This document shows positions 1 to 9,669 of a DNA stretch of 44,065 bases, in pieces. The DNA lies in NCBI GenBank assembly GCA_038329555.1, contig JBBQNC010000002.1, positions 1 through 44,065 of the forward strand, in the 5' to 3' direction. The notes under the pieces were generated by a model. It was not told the origin of the DNA, made no database searches, and saw nothing but the letters and a program-made list of their open reading frames with translations. Position 1 is the first letter of the stretch, and each line of letters starts with the position of its first letter. The position numbers and the translations under genes are program-made. The DNA comes from Thermoanaerobaculia bacterium. Its GTDB lineage: Bacteria; Acidobacteriota; Thermoanaerobaculia; UBA5066; Gp7-AA6.

Positions 1-296
1 AAGGTCGTACCCGCAACGCAGTGCAGGAAGGCGGGAGCGAGAAAGCCTTGTAGATCGGAAGCTGGAAACGGCAGCCAGCCTACTGGGGCGTTTGGTATCA
101 AAAGAAGGATCAAGAACCAGCCGACTACGGAGACGGGCAGGTCGACCAGAAAAAGGATGGCGCGGGGCATGAGTTGGACCCAGCCGTCACTGTAGTTGCT
201 TGCCGTCGCCAAGGTCAGCGCGCCGGCAAGAGCCAGGTGGGCCAATGCTAATGCGATGCTGAGCTGCCGTCTGCGCGACCTTGCATCGATCAGCAC
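1..296 (-). CDS. Hydrophobic membrane protein, partial (runs off the window); cassette ORF
   Basis: My own reverse-complement translation is stop-free from a GTG at 296-294 (GAGAGGG 7 nt upstream) to position 1: VLIDARSRRRQLSIALALAHLALAGALTLATASNYSDGWVQLMPRAILFLVDLPVSVVGWFLILLLIPNAPVGW... It is absent from the ORF track, presumably because it has no stop in the window. It starts 29 nt after attC-1. Confidence 0.4.
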   Translation of the reverse strand, partial: MLIDARSRRRQLSIALALAHLALAGALTLATASNYSDGWVQLMPRAILFLVDLPVSVVGWFLILLLIPNAPVGWLPFPASDLQGFLAPAFLHCVAGTT

Positions 297-325
297 GATG
301 AAGCCCTCTCGCAATAGCCCTGGTC

Positions 326-395
326 GTCTAACGTTCCAAAGCTCAGCGGCGCCGGCGGCGTAGCCGACGGCGTCCGCTGAAGCGCGATGTTAGGC
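326..395 (-). repeat. attC site 1 (70 bp)
   Basis: Minus-strand read: GCCTAAC-ATCGC-GCTTCAG-CGGACGCCG..CGGCGCCG-CTGAGC-TTTGGAAC-GTTAGAC. This parses as R''/L''/L'/R' boxes, with an extra T in L'' and a bulged A. Confidence 0.75.
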
Positions 396-573
396 GGCGT
401 GTTCATTTGACAGGTACGGCGAAACCCAAGCCGGCAGGCGACCCGGAGCGGCTTCTAACAGCCCCGCGGTGACACCCGCCGATCCTGACCACCCTCGCGA
501 TCATGACGCCAGCTCGATCTTTGGCGGCCGGCGCCTTTAGCCTCCCGACTGAAGGCGACTCGCAGACGCCTAA
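332..573 (-). repeat. ORF-less cassette copy A (242 bp between crossover points)
   Basis: Bounded by the G|TT crossover positions of attC-1 and attC-2. The ~172 bp non-palindromic body is homologous to 2283-2454. No convincing ORF. Confidence 0.6.
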
Positions 574-637
574 CGTTCCAAAGCCCAGCGGTGACGACGG
601 CGCAGCCGGCAACGTCCGCCGGAGCGTGATGTTAGGC
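568..637 (-). repeat. attC site 2 (70 bp)
   Basis: GCCTAAC at 568-574 and GTTAGGC at 631-637. The inner arms are imperfectly complementary. This is the most diverged copy of the family. Confidence 0.7.
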
Positions 638-827
638 GGCGAGCAAGACTGGAGACGGTCCGATGGGAGTGACGCCAGAGCAAGAATGTTGCTAGAGGCG
701 CCGAGCCAGCGCAATCGGGGTGCCCCTGACGACGTGAGACTCACGCGAGTCCGCTGCACGCGCGTGCTAGGCCTCGTTGAGCACCGATAGGACGACTGTG
801 CTTTCAACCTGCCTTTGTCCTTTGGTC

Positions 828-1664
828 TCAAACGGATGCACCGAGGGCCCTGACGACATCGTCCGACGCTGAGACCCAGCCGAACAGCGTTTCAACGGCT
901 AGGAGAGAGGCGTCGTGATTGCTTCGCGGCAGGCCGTATCCGATGGGTTCGCTCATGCAGTCGGCCAGCAGCACGCACAGATAATCCCTGAACATGGCGT
1001 CTCTGACCGTCGACTCCACGCAGATGCTCGTAGTGCAGCCTGTGACAATCAGATGTTTGATGCCCATCTTTCTGAGCCTGGCGTCCAAGTCGGTTTCATA
1101 GAAACCGCTGAATCGTGTCTTATACACGATGACATCGTCGGACAGCGGTTTGAGCTGGGGGACGATATCTGTGTTCCAGGTGTCACGGATTAGAATCCGA
1201 CTCTCTCTACCGTCGGGGGCACGAACGGCTTGGCCGACGCCCATCCGTAGGTGTCGCACCCGGTTCACAGAGTCGGTGGCGCCGAGATCAGAGAGATCGG
1301 GACGATACCCCATCTTGAGATAGATGATTTTGACGTCTGCGGCGCGGGCCGAGGCTAGGACTCTTGCAGTGGGGTCCACGACCTTCTGAATGCCGGAGAT
1401 ATCAATCCCTGCACGATCGAACATGCCGCCCTTCGCACCGAAGTCGTTCTGCATGTCGACCACAATGACCGCAGTCTTTGCCGTATCGATGGAGGCCGGC
1501 CCAGGCTTCGCTTCAATCGTGACGACTCGACCTGTCGATGCATCACGCACCAGCTTGCTCGCGTCTGGACTCGCGGCTCGTGTGCGATCGCTTCGAGGCC
1601 CGAGCGCTGCGAGACCACCGGCGACACCAACGCGCATCAGCTCGCGACGATTGATCATGCTCAT
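828..1664 (-). CDS. Isochorismatase-family (cysteine) hydrolase with twin-arginine signal; cassette ORF
   Basis: ORF 828..1709 trimmed to the ATG at 1664 (GGGAGG 5 nt upstream). N-terminus is MSMINRRELMRVGVAGGLAALG. Motifs VIVVDMQNDF and VTGCTTSICVESTVRDA are present. Confidence 0.85.
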   Translation of the reverse strand: MSMINRRELMRVGVAGGLAALGPRSDRTRAASPDASKLVRDASTGRVVTIEAKPGPASIDTAKTAVIVVDMQNDFGAKGGMFDRAGIDISGIQKVVDPTARVLASARAADVKIIYLKMGYRPDLSDLGATDSVNRVRHLRMGVGQAVRAPDGRESRILIRDTWNTDIVPQLKPLSDDVIVYKTRFSGFYETDLDARLRKMGIKHLIVTGCTTSICVESTVRDAMFRDYLCVLLADCMSEPIGYGLPRSNHDASLLAVETLFGWVSASDDVVRALGASV

Positions 1665-1694
1665 CAGAGCCTCCCATATGAAGTGTTTCGCGAG

Positions 1695-1754
1695 GCCTAA
1701 CGATATCAAGCTCAGCGGCGAGCATATCGAGCCCGCTGCAGCGCGGTGTTAGGC
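1695..1754 (-). repeat. attC site 3 (60 bp)
   Basis: Minus-strand read: GCCTAAC-ACCGC-GCTGCAG-CGGGCTCGATATGCTCGCCG-CTGAGC-TTGATATC-GTTAGGC. Confidence 0.75.
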
Positions 1755-1783
1755 GGCGACCGGGTCAAATGTTGGGCCTCAGT

Positions 1784-2182
1784 CTACGGTTGCCTGAATA
1801 TATCGACTGAGATCTCCACCGCTGGCGTCGTTCCTTTATTCTCAAGCCAGTGCGTGGTGTTCTTGTCTTCGGGCCAGCCCACGCCGGGCCCATACTCCTT
1901 GGCCAAGCCATTCCGATGGTCAGTGATCTTTCCTTGCAGGATGTAGACCGTTCCCGGCCTGTCTTTATGGTTGTGAATCGGGCCGAAGACGCCTCCAGGC
2001 TCGATGGTCACCATACGCATTCGAAGTTGGCGCCCAGCCATGCCCTCGATTTCAGGGCCAAGGTCAACTGCGGCAAGTTGCGTCACCGTAACGCCCTTCG
2101 TCTCAGGTGCCGCCTGTTCGGCGGCCAAGACGACGGAGGCGCTGAAGAGAGAGATCATTGCGAGGCGAAGGAAGGTCTTCAT
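1784..2182 (-). CDS. Secreted cupin-domain protein; cassette ORF
   Basis: ORF 1784..2431 trimmed to the ATG at 2182 (AAGGAG 6 nt upstream); the upstream part of the track ORF runs through attC-4. Signal peptide is MKTFLRLAMISLFSASVVLAAEQ. Cupin-like GPIHNHKDRPGTVYILQG is present. Confidence 0.8.
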   Translation of the reverse strand: MKTFLRLAMISLFSASVVLAAEQAAPETKGVTVTQLAAVDLGPEIEGMAGRQLRMRMVTIEPGGVFGPIHNHKDRPGTVYILQGKITDHRNGLAKEYGPGVGWPEDKNTTHWLENKGTTPAVEISVDIFRQP

Positions 2183-2211
2183 CGCGGTCTCCTTTCGGTT
2201 TTTTTTGGGCC

Positions 2212-2282
2212 GCCTAACGTTTCCAAAGCCCAGCGGCGACGGCGGCGAAGCCGACGCCGTCCGCTGAAGCACGATGTTAGGC
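2212..2282 (-). repeat. attC site 4 (71 bp)
   Basis: Minus-strand read: GCCTAAC-ATCGT-GCTTCAG-CGGACGGCG...-CTGGGC-TTTGGAAAC-GTTAGGC. Confidence 0.75.
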
Positions 2283-2460
2283 GGCGTGTTCATTTGACAG
2301 GCGCGGCGGGAAACCGAGCCGGCAGGAGACCCGAAGCGGCTTCTCTCAGCCGAGCGGTGACATCTGCCGATCCTGGCCACTCTCATGATCATGCCGCGCT
2401 CCCGACCCTGGCGGCCGGCGCATTTCGCCACGCGGCTGAGGGCGGCTCGCGGAGGCCTAA
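2218..2460 (-). repeat. ORF-less cassette copy B (243 bp between crossover points)
   Basis: Homologous to 332-573 over its whole length. By eye roughly four fifths of positions are identical, with a few 1-2 nt indels. Confidence 0.6.
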
Positions 2461-2524
2461 CGTCCTAAAGCTCAGCCGCGGCGACGGCGAAGCCGGCGGC
2501 GTCGGCTGCAGCGCGATGTTAGGC
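2455..2524 (-). repeat. attC site 5 (70 bp)
   Basis: Minus-strand read: GCCTAAC-ATCGC-GCTGCAG-CCGACGCC...GCCGCGG-CTGAGC-TTTAGGAC-GTTAGGC. The TAA inside GCCTAAC is the stop codon of the 2519-2785 ORF. Confidence 0.75.
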
Positions 2525-2785
2525 CGCATTCTTTTTGGCCTTTTCCCGCCGATTCAGGTCAACCGCCCGCGAAACGCCTACGATGGTCATGATGAACCCA
2601 GTCGCCGTCGCTAGGAAAAACAGAACCCCCACTCCTACCAGGTTCGGGTCCGGGTCGCCGCGCCAACCATGGTCACTGGTGTAGACGAGAAATACCGCGC
2701 AGGTCACCCCCACGAGGAGCAGAAAGACGCCGACCACAAAGAGCGGTGAACGCCACGCCCTCCACACTCCGGGATCGAGCGGCAC
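2519..2785 (-). CDS. Small two-TM membrane protein; cassette ORF
   Basis: 88 codons with a GTG start. Two hydrophobic spans are SPLFVVGVFLLLVGVTCAVFLVY and VGVGVLFFLATATGFIMTIVGV. It starts 16 nt after the lone core site and its stop lies inside attC-5. Confidence 0.6.
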   Translation of the reverse strand: MPLDPGVWRAWRSPLFVVGVFLLLVGVTCAVFLVYTSDHGWRGDPDPNLVGVGVLFFLATATGFIMTIVGVSRAVDLNRREKAKKNAA

Positions 2786-2801
2786 GCTAACCTTTCAGCG
2801 G

Positions 2802-2808
2802 GCCTAAC
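2802..2808 (-). other. Lone GTTAGGC core site (attI-like or attC remnant) ending the array
   Basis: GCCTAAC on + equals GTTAGGC on -. I could find no complementary partner arm within 150 nt on the high-coordinate side. Confidence 0.45.
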
Positions 2809-3315
2809 ATGTATTAGACCGCCCAATTCCTGATGCAAACATTGCGAGACTTGCCGCCCTAACCAATTCGATCTCCACGCTCGCTCTCATCAGATCTTCC
2901 GACCGGTCGTTAAGTTGAGACACGCGGCCGCCCCCGCGGTTTCGGCGTTGGGCTGCGAAAAATGCCTTCTAACGTCCGCGAAGGCCCCGGGAAACGGAGG
3001 AACCCTCAGAGCGCGTCCGCCAGCTGCGGATTCCGCGGCCGCTGGTGCGGTTGGAGGGTCGCTCAGTCGTCCTCCTGACGTTGGCGTGGGCCGAATCTCC
3101 AGGATGGTACGGATATCGTACCCTCCTCAAGCGCCAGGATGGTTGAAGAGTGTTCCGGGGAGAACGACGTGACGAAAATCCCCCTGAAACGTCCGTGTTC
3201 TGTCCGCGAGAAGGGTGCTACAAGGAACGGCTGGGTACGCCTCGGCAGAGCCGATCGTCAGGCGGGAGTTGGTCGGTCTGGATCTGAGAGGAACAGTGTG
3301 ACGGTGAGAATAGCC

Positions 3316-3361
<46 letters not shown>

Positions 3362-3367
3362 GTCCCT

Positions 3368-3585
3368 GAAACGCCCGGAGCTACCTCCGGGCGTTGTTAT
3401 TTCCAGATCGATAAGAGGGATTTGAACCTGCGACCTTTGGCTAGAAGTCAGCCGCAGGTTCGGCCGTATCGACAGAGACGCCGAGGCCCTGCGCTGCGCC
3501 CGCTTCACTCCGGCACCGGTGCCCAGCCACGCTGGAGGCGGCGCCGGCTCCGCCGGCGCCTACCCGGCCCGGCGATGGTGAAGCC
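3368..3585 (+). repeat. Direct repeat unit 1 (~218 bp, 235-bp period)
   Basis: Aligns with 3603-3817. Contains a terminator hairpin and, at 3419-3438, the exact reverse complement of tRNA-fragment positions 3326-3345. Confidence 0.7.
3370..3404 (+). terminator. Rho-independent terminator-like hairpin
   Basis: AACGCCCGGAG-CTAC-CTCCGGGCGTT forms a perfect 11-bp stem, followed by GTTATTTCC. Confidence 0.6.
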
Positions 3586-3602
3586 ACAACGATTCTCAGA
3601 GA

Positions 3603-3817
3603 CCAACGCCCGGAGCGACCTCCGGGCGTTGCTATTTCCAGACCGGTCAGAGCGATTTGAACCTGCGACCTTTGCTAGAAAGAAGCCGCAGGTTCGGCCG
3701 TATCGAGCGGGACGCCGGAGCGCCGCCACACCTCGCATAAAGACCACCTCCGGTGCCACGCAGGCTCGAGGCGACGCCGGCTTCGCCGGCGCCTACCCTG
3801 CCCGGCGTGATCACGCC
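3603..3817 (+). repeat. Direct repeat unit 2 (~215 bp)
   Basis: Same layout as unit 1. The inverted tRNA-like 20-mer GATTTGAACCTGCGACCTTT lies at 3654-3673. Confidence 0.7.
3605..3639 (+). terminator. Rho-independent terminator-like hairpin (second copy)
   Basis: AACGCCCGGAG-CGAC-CTCCGGGCGTT forms a perfect 11-bp stem, followed by GCTATTTCC. Confidence 0.6.
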
Positions 3818-3829
3818 CATGCGCCTCTC

Positions 3830-4309
3830 ACGAGGGGCATCTGCTGCGGCCCAGCCGGCGATGAATTGAGGCAGCGCTGCGCCGTGGACTGGGGGCGCAG
3901 CCGGCTCCGCCGGATCGCGAACGCGCCGGCTCTTCCGCTGACGATTCCGATCGCCCGGCCGACGGGGCGCCGAATCCGCGTCGAGATCGAGAACGGCGAC
4001 AACGCGCCCCTTTCGATCTCGGGTGCGGCCGTCTGGACCTCCTCGCCACGCATCGATTTCGTCTTCGCCCCCGGTGACCGGCTGACGCTCCTGTCGGGCA
4101 ACCCGGACGCGCTCGCCCCGCGCTACGACCTGGAGCTCGTCGCCGCGCGGATCCTCTCTTCGCCCGCGCAGGCGGCCCGACTTCGCACGCCCGTGACGGC
4201 GGCGGCCGCGCCGAAGCCGGCCACCACGCGGTTTCTCTGGGTCGCGATCGTCGCGGCGGTCGTTCTGGTGGGAGTCGTTCTGGCGCGCACGCTCCGCGCG
4301 CCTCGCTGA
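3830..4309 (+). pseudogene. 3-prime remnant of a hypothetical protein with C-terminal TM anchor
   Basis: Only the last ~150 codons of ORF 3422..4309 look protein-like: RIRVEIENGDNAPLSISGAAVWTSSPRIDFVFAPGDRLTLLSGNPDALAPRYDLELV...FLWVAIVAAVVLVGVVLA. The upstream part of the ORF is the repeat region. Confidence 0.4.
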
Positions 4310-4325
4310 ACCCTCCCCCGCCGCG

Positions 4326-7361
<3,036 letters not shown>

Positions 7362-7421
7362 CTCGAGTCATCGGAAATTCGCCGGGAAGGTCCCGGCGAC
7401 AGGCGTGGTTCCCTCGTCCAA

Positions 7422-8417
7422 ATGAACGTAGCACGAGTAGCGGGAATCCTCGGCCTGCTGCTGGCGGGAGTCGCGGGACTCGCAGGCCCCCTCGAGAACG
7501 AGTCCACCGAATCTCCTGAGTCCGGCGCCGGCTCCTCCCGAAGGCTCCGCGTCCGCGCGCCGAATCTCGCCGCGCCGTTGTCCGAGCATTACCCGGATCC
7601 ATCGCGGCCCGCGGATCCGGTCAAGTCCGCCGTCCTCTCGCGCATCAACCGCGATCGCGCGGCCTTTCATCTTCCTCCGGTCGCCTGGGACGAGGCGGCG
7701 GCCCGCGTCGGGGACGCGTTCTGCGCGCGGCAGGTCGCCGAGAAGAGCCGGGGTCACTACCTCATGGACGGCGTGCCTCCATACGGAAGGACGGGGTTCG
7801 CGGGCGTCTTCGCCCTCCAGGCGGAGAACTCCGCGTCCTGGGTCACGACCGCGCCCCGGTTCACGGAGTCGACGGTGAGCCTCGCGCTCGAGTCCCAGGC
7901 GCAGATGATGGAGGAGAAGCCGCCCGGCGACGGCCACCGGCGGACGATCCTCGATCCCGACGCCACGCACGTCGGGGTCGGTTATTCCATCGTACGCGGG
8001 CGCTTCCAGATGTCCCAGGAGTTCCTGACCCGTCGATTCGAGCAGGTCACGCTCACGGCGCCGGGGCCGGATCCGGCCGCCATCAACCTGTCGGGGCGTC
8101 CCGCCGAGGGCTTCCGATTCCAGTTCGTCACGATCGCACGCGAGGCGCCGCCGCGCCCCCTCTCCCGCGAAGAGGCGACGGCGCGCACGAGCTATTCCTA
8201 TCCCCTCGCGCGTCTCGCGTGGGTGGCGGAGGGAAATCGAACGACGCAGATCGTGGGCCTCCTGACGGAGGACCGCGTGCGCCTGCATTCCGCGCGCGAG
8301 TTCTCCTTCACGTACACACCCCACCGGGCGGGGCTCTACACGTTCGTGCTGTACGTCACGGGAAGCGACGGCGACCGTCCGAGGCCGGGCGGGGGCGCGA
8401 CCGTCTTAGTCGAATGA
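7422..8417 (+). CDS. Secreted CAP/SCP (PR-1-like) domain protein with extra C-terminal domain
   Basis: Last 331 codons of track ORF 5613..8417. ATG at 7422. Signal peptide is MNVARVAGILGLLLAGVAGLAG. INRDRAAFHLPPVAWDEAAARVGDAFC and THVGVGYS are CAP-like. Confidence 0.7.
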   Translation: MNVARVAGILGLLLAGVAGLAGPLENESTESPESGAGSSRRLRVRAPNLAAPLSEHYPDPSRPADPVKSAVLSRINRDRAAFHLPPVAWDEAAARVGDAFCARQVAEKSRGHYLMDGVPPYGRTGFAGVFALQAENSASWVTTAPRFTESTVSLALESQAQMMEEKPPGDGHRRTILDPDATHVGVGYSIVRGRFQMSQEFLTRRFEQVTLTAPGPDPAAINLSGRPAEGFRFQFVTIAREAPPRPLSREEATARTSYSYPLARLAWVAEGNRTTQIVGLLTEDRVRLHSAREFSFTYTPHRAGLYTFVLYVTGSDGDRPRPGGGATVLVE

Positions 8418-8462
8418 GGTGGCCCGAATGAAGGACATGAAGGACACAGCCGGGCGATAACC

Positions 8463-8792
8463 GTGTATACGCTGCTCGTCGTCGCCGGTCGGGCGGAGGA
8501 GCTCCCGGGGCTCGCCGGCTCGCACCCCTCCGTCGAGATCCTCCGGGCGTCCGGTCCCGAGGAGGCGGTCGAAAAGCTCGGCCGAAACCGGCGCGTCGAC
8601 GCGGTGTTGATCCTGGGCGGAGCGGAGCAGGCCTCGGACGCGATCGCGGCGATTCGCGACGACAACCCCGCCCCGCCGCCGCTGTTCGTGGTTTCGGGGG
8701 GAGAGGAGCCGCCGGCCGGAGCGCGAGCGATTGCCGCGGGATCCCCCGCGGATCTCCTCGACCGGATCGTCACCGAAATCGGCCCCGCGTAG
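8463..8792 (+). CDS. Small receiver-like (CheY-fold-like) protein, function unknown
   Basis: 109 codons with a GTG start and high GC3. MYTLLVVAG...VDAVLILGG...AIAAIRDD resembles a degenerate receiver domain. Confidence 0.45.
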   Translation: MYTLLVVAGRAEELPGLAGSHPSVEILRASGPEEAVEKLGRNRRVDAVLILGGAEQASDAIAAIRDDNPAPPPLFVVSGGEEPPAGARAIAAGSPADLLDRIVTEIGPA

Positions 8793-8868
8793 GGGATCCG
8801 AGGCGCGCGACCCGTCCCCCGAGCCTTCGTCAAGCCATGCTAAGGTAACGGTTTACGGGGGTTCCTAC

Positions 8869-9624
8869 ATGTCCGGCTGCGGCGGTTGCACGACAGGAAA
8901 TTCCTACAATCCCGGCGGCCACTACGTCGGGATTCGCATCAACGATCATGAAGACGGGCGCGTCGTGTTCTGCGAGACCTCCGGCGCGGCCGTCGAGAAG
9001 GGCCAGCGAGTCATCGTCGAAGGGGACCAGGGGCTCGAGTACGCGCAGGTCACGACGCTTCACCCGATGATCGTCAAGCAGTGCCAGCTGCGCGAGGCGC
9101 GGCGGCTGGTCCGGGTGGCGAACGAGGGGGATCTGGCCAACTACCAGGGGAAGGTCGACCGTGAGACGCGGTTCTTCACGGACAGCCGCGACCTCGCGTC
9201 GGAACGGCGGCTCCCCCTGAAGCTCGTCCGGGCGGAGGAGAGCTTCGATGCGCGTAAGTACACGATCTATTACACTTCGGAAACGCGGGTCGATTACCGA
9301 CTGCTCGTGACGGATCTGGCGGTCAAGTATCCGACCCGGATCGAGATGCGCCAGATCGGGCCCCGCGATGAGACCAAGATGCGGGGCGGGCTCGGGCCGT
9401 GCGGGCTGACCCTCTGCTGCTCGACCTTTCTGAAGGGGTTCCACCCGGTCACGATCAAGATGGCCAAGAACCAGAATCTCTCGCTCAACCCCTCGAAAAT
9501 CTCGGGGATGTGCGGCCGCCTGATGTGCTGCCTGGCCTACGAAGACGAGGGCGGGCGGCCCGCCCCGGATGCCTTCGCGCCGGCCCGGAAACCGGAGAAT
9601 ATTTCCCCGGAGAGCGCCGTTTAG
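8869..9624 (+). CDS. PSP1 C-terminal domain protein (YaaT/RicT-like)
   Basis: ATG at 8869 inside track ORF 8731..9624. KYTIYYTSETRVDYRLLVTDLAVKYPTRIEMRQIGPRDETKMRGGLGPCGLTLCCSTFL and SGMCGRLMCCLAYE are present. Confidence 0.85.
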   Translation: MSGCGGCTTGNSYNPGGHYVGIRINDHEDGRVVFCETSGAAVEKGQRVIVEGDQGLEYAQVTTLHPMIVKQCQLREARRLVRVANEGDLANYQGKVDRETRFFTDSRDLASERRLPLKLVRAEESFDARKYTIYYTSETRVDYRLLVTDLAVKYPTRIEMRQIGPRDETKMRGGLGPCGLTLCCSTFLKGFHPVTIKMAKNQNLSLNPSKISGMCGRLMCCLAYEDEGGRPAPDAFAPARKPENISPESAV

Positions 9625-9669
9625 GAAGCAAAGAAGCCCCCGTTTTACCGGGCTCAAAGAGAGACTGCA

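Larger units (their letters stand above)
1..2808 (-). mobile_element. Integron-type gene-cassette array (attC cluster, no integrase in window; CALIN-like)
   Basis: Five 60-71 bp imperfect palindromes start GCCTAAC/GTCTAAC (RYYYAAC) and end GTTAGGC (GTTRRRY), plus a lone GCCTAAC core at 2802-2808. Compact same-strand ORFs start 16-30 nt after each site. G+C is visibly lower than in the core of the window. Confidence 0.8.

Noticed and set aside
776-782. GTTGAGC (GTTRRRY) in the long 3-prime UTR of the isochorismatase cassette as a sixth, degenerate attC site
   Set aside because: No partner core and no complementary arms lie within 150 nt. A single 7-mer match is expected by chance.
403-831. 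ORFs 403..831 (-) and 503..790 (+), and the 83-codon N-terminal extension of 1784..2431, read as proteins
   Set aside because: They run through attC palindromes and the ORF-less cassette bodies. Comparing the two cassette copies shows mostly non-synonymous differences and a frame-breaking indel. The cupin has its own RBS and signal peptide at 2182.
326-2524. The five similar ~70-bp repeats considered as a CRISPR array or as generic REP elements
   Set aside because: The spacing is irregular (172 bp to 1.1 kb) and the intervals contain whole genes. The repeats are long imperfect palindromes bounded by RYYYAAC/GTTRRRY with a polar extra base. That fits attC sites, not CRISPR repeats. The REP/BIME alternative is kept only as the refutation case of the integron finding.
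2857-2915. CCCTAAC ... GTTAAGT (2857-2863 and 2909-2915) as a diverged attC site upstream of the array
   Set aside because: The first base violates RYYYAAC, and the sequences inside the two ends are not complementary, so no L boxes or stem can form.
3411-3500. Inverted tRNA-like segments (3419-3438 and 3654-3673 plus flanks) as functional minus-strand tRNA genes
   Set aside because: The T stem (GCAGG versus CCCTC or CGCTC) and the acceptor stem cannot pair, and no D arm is present. They are at best tRNA-derived relics.
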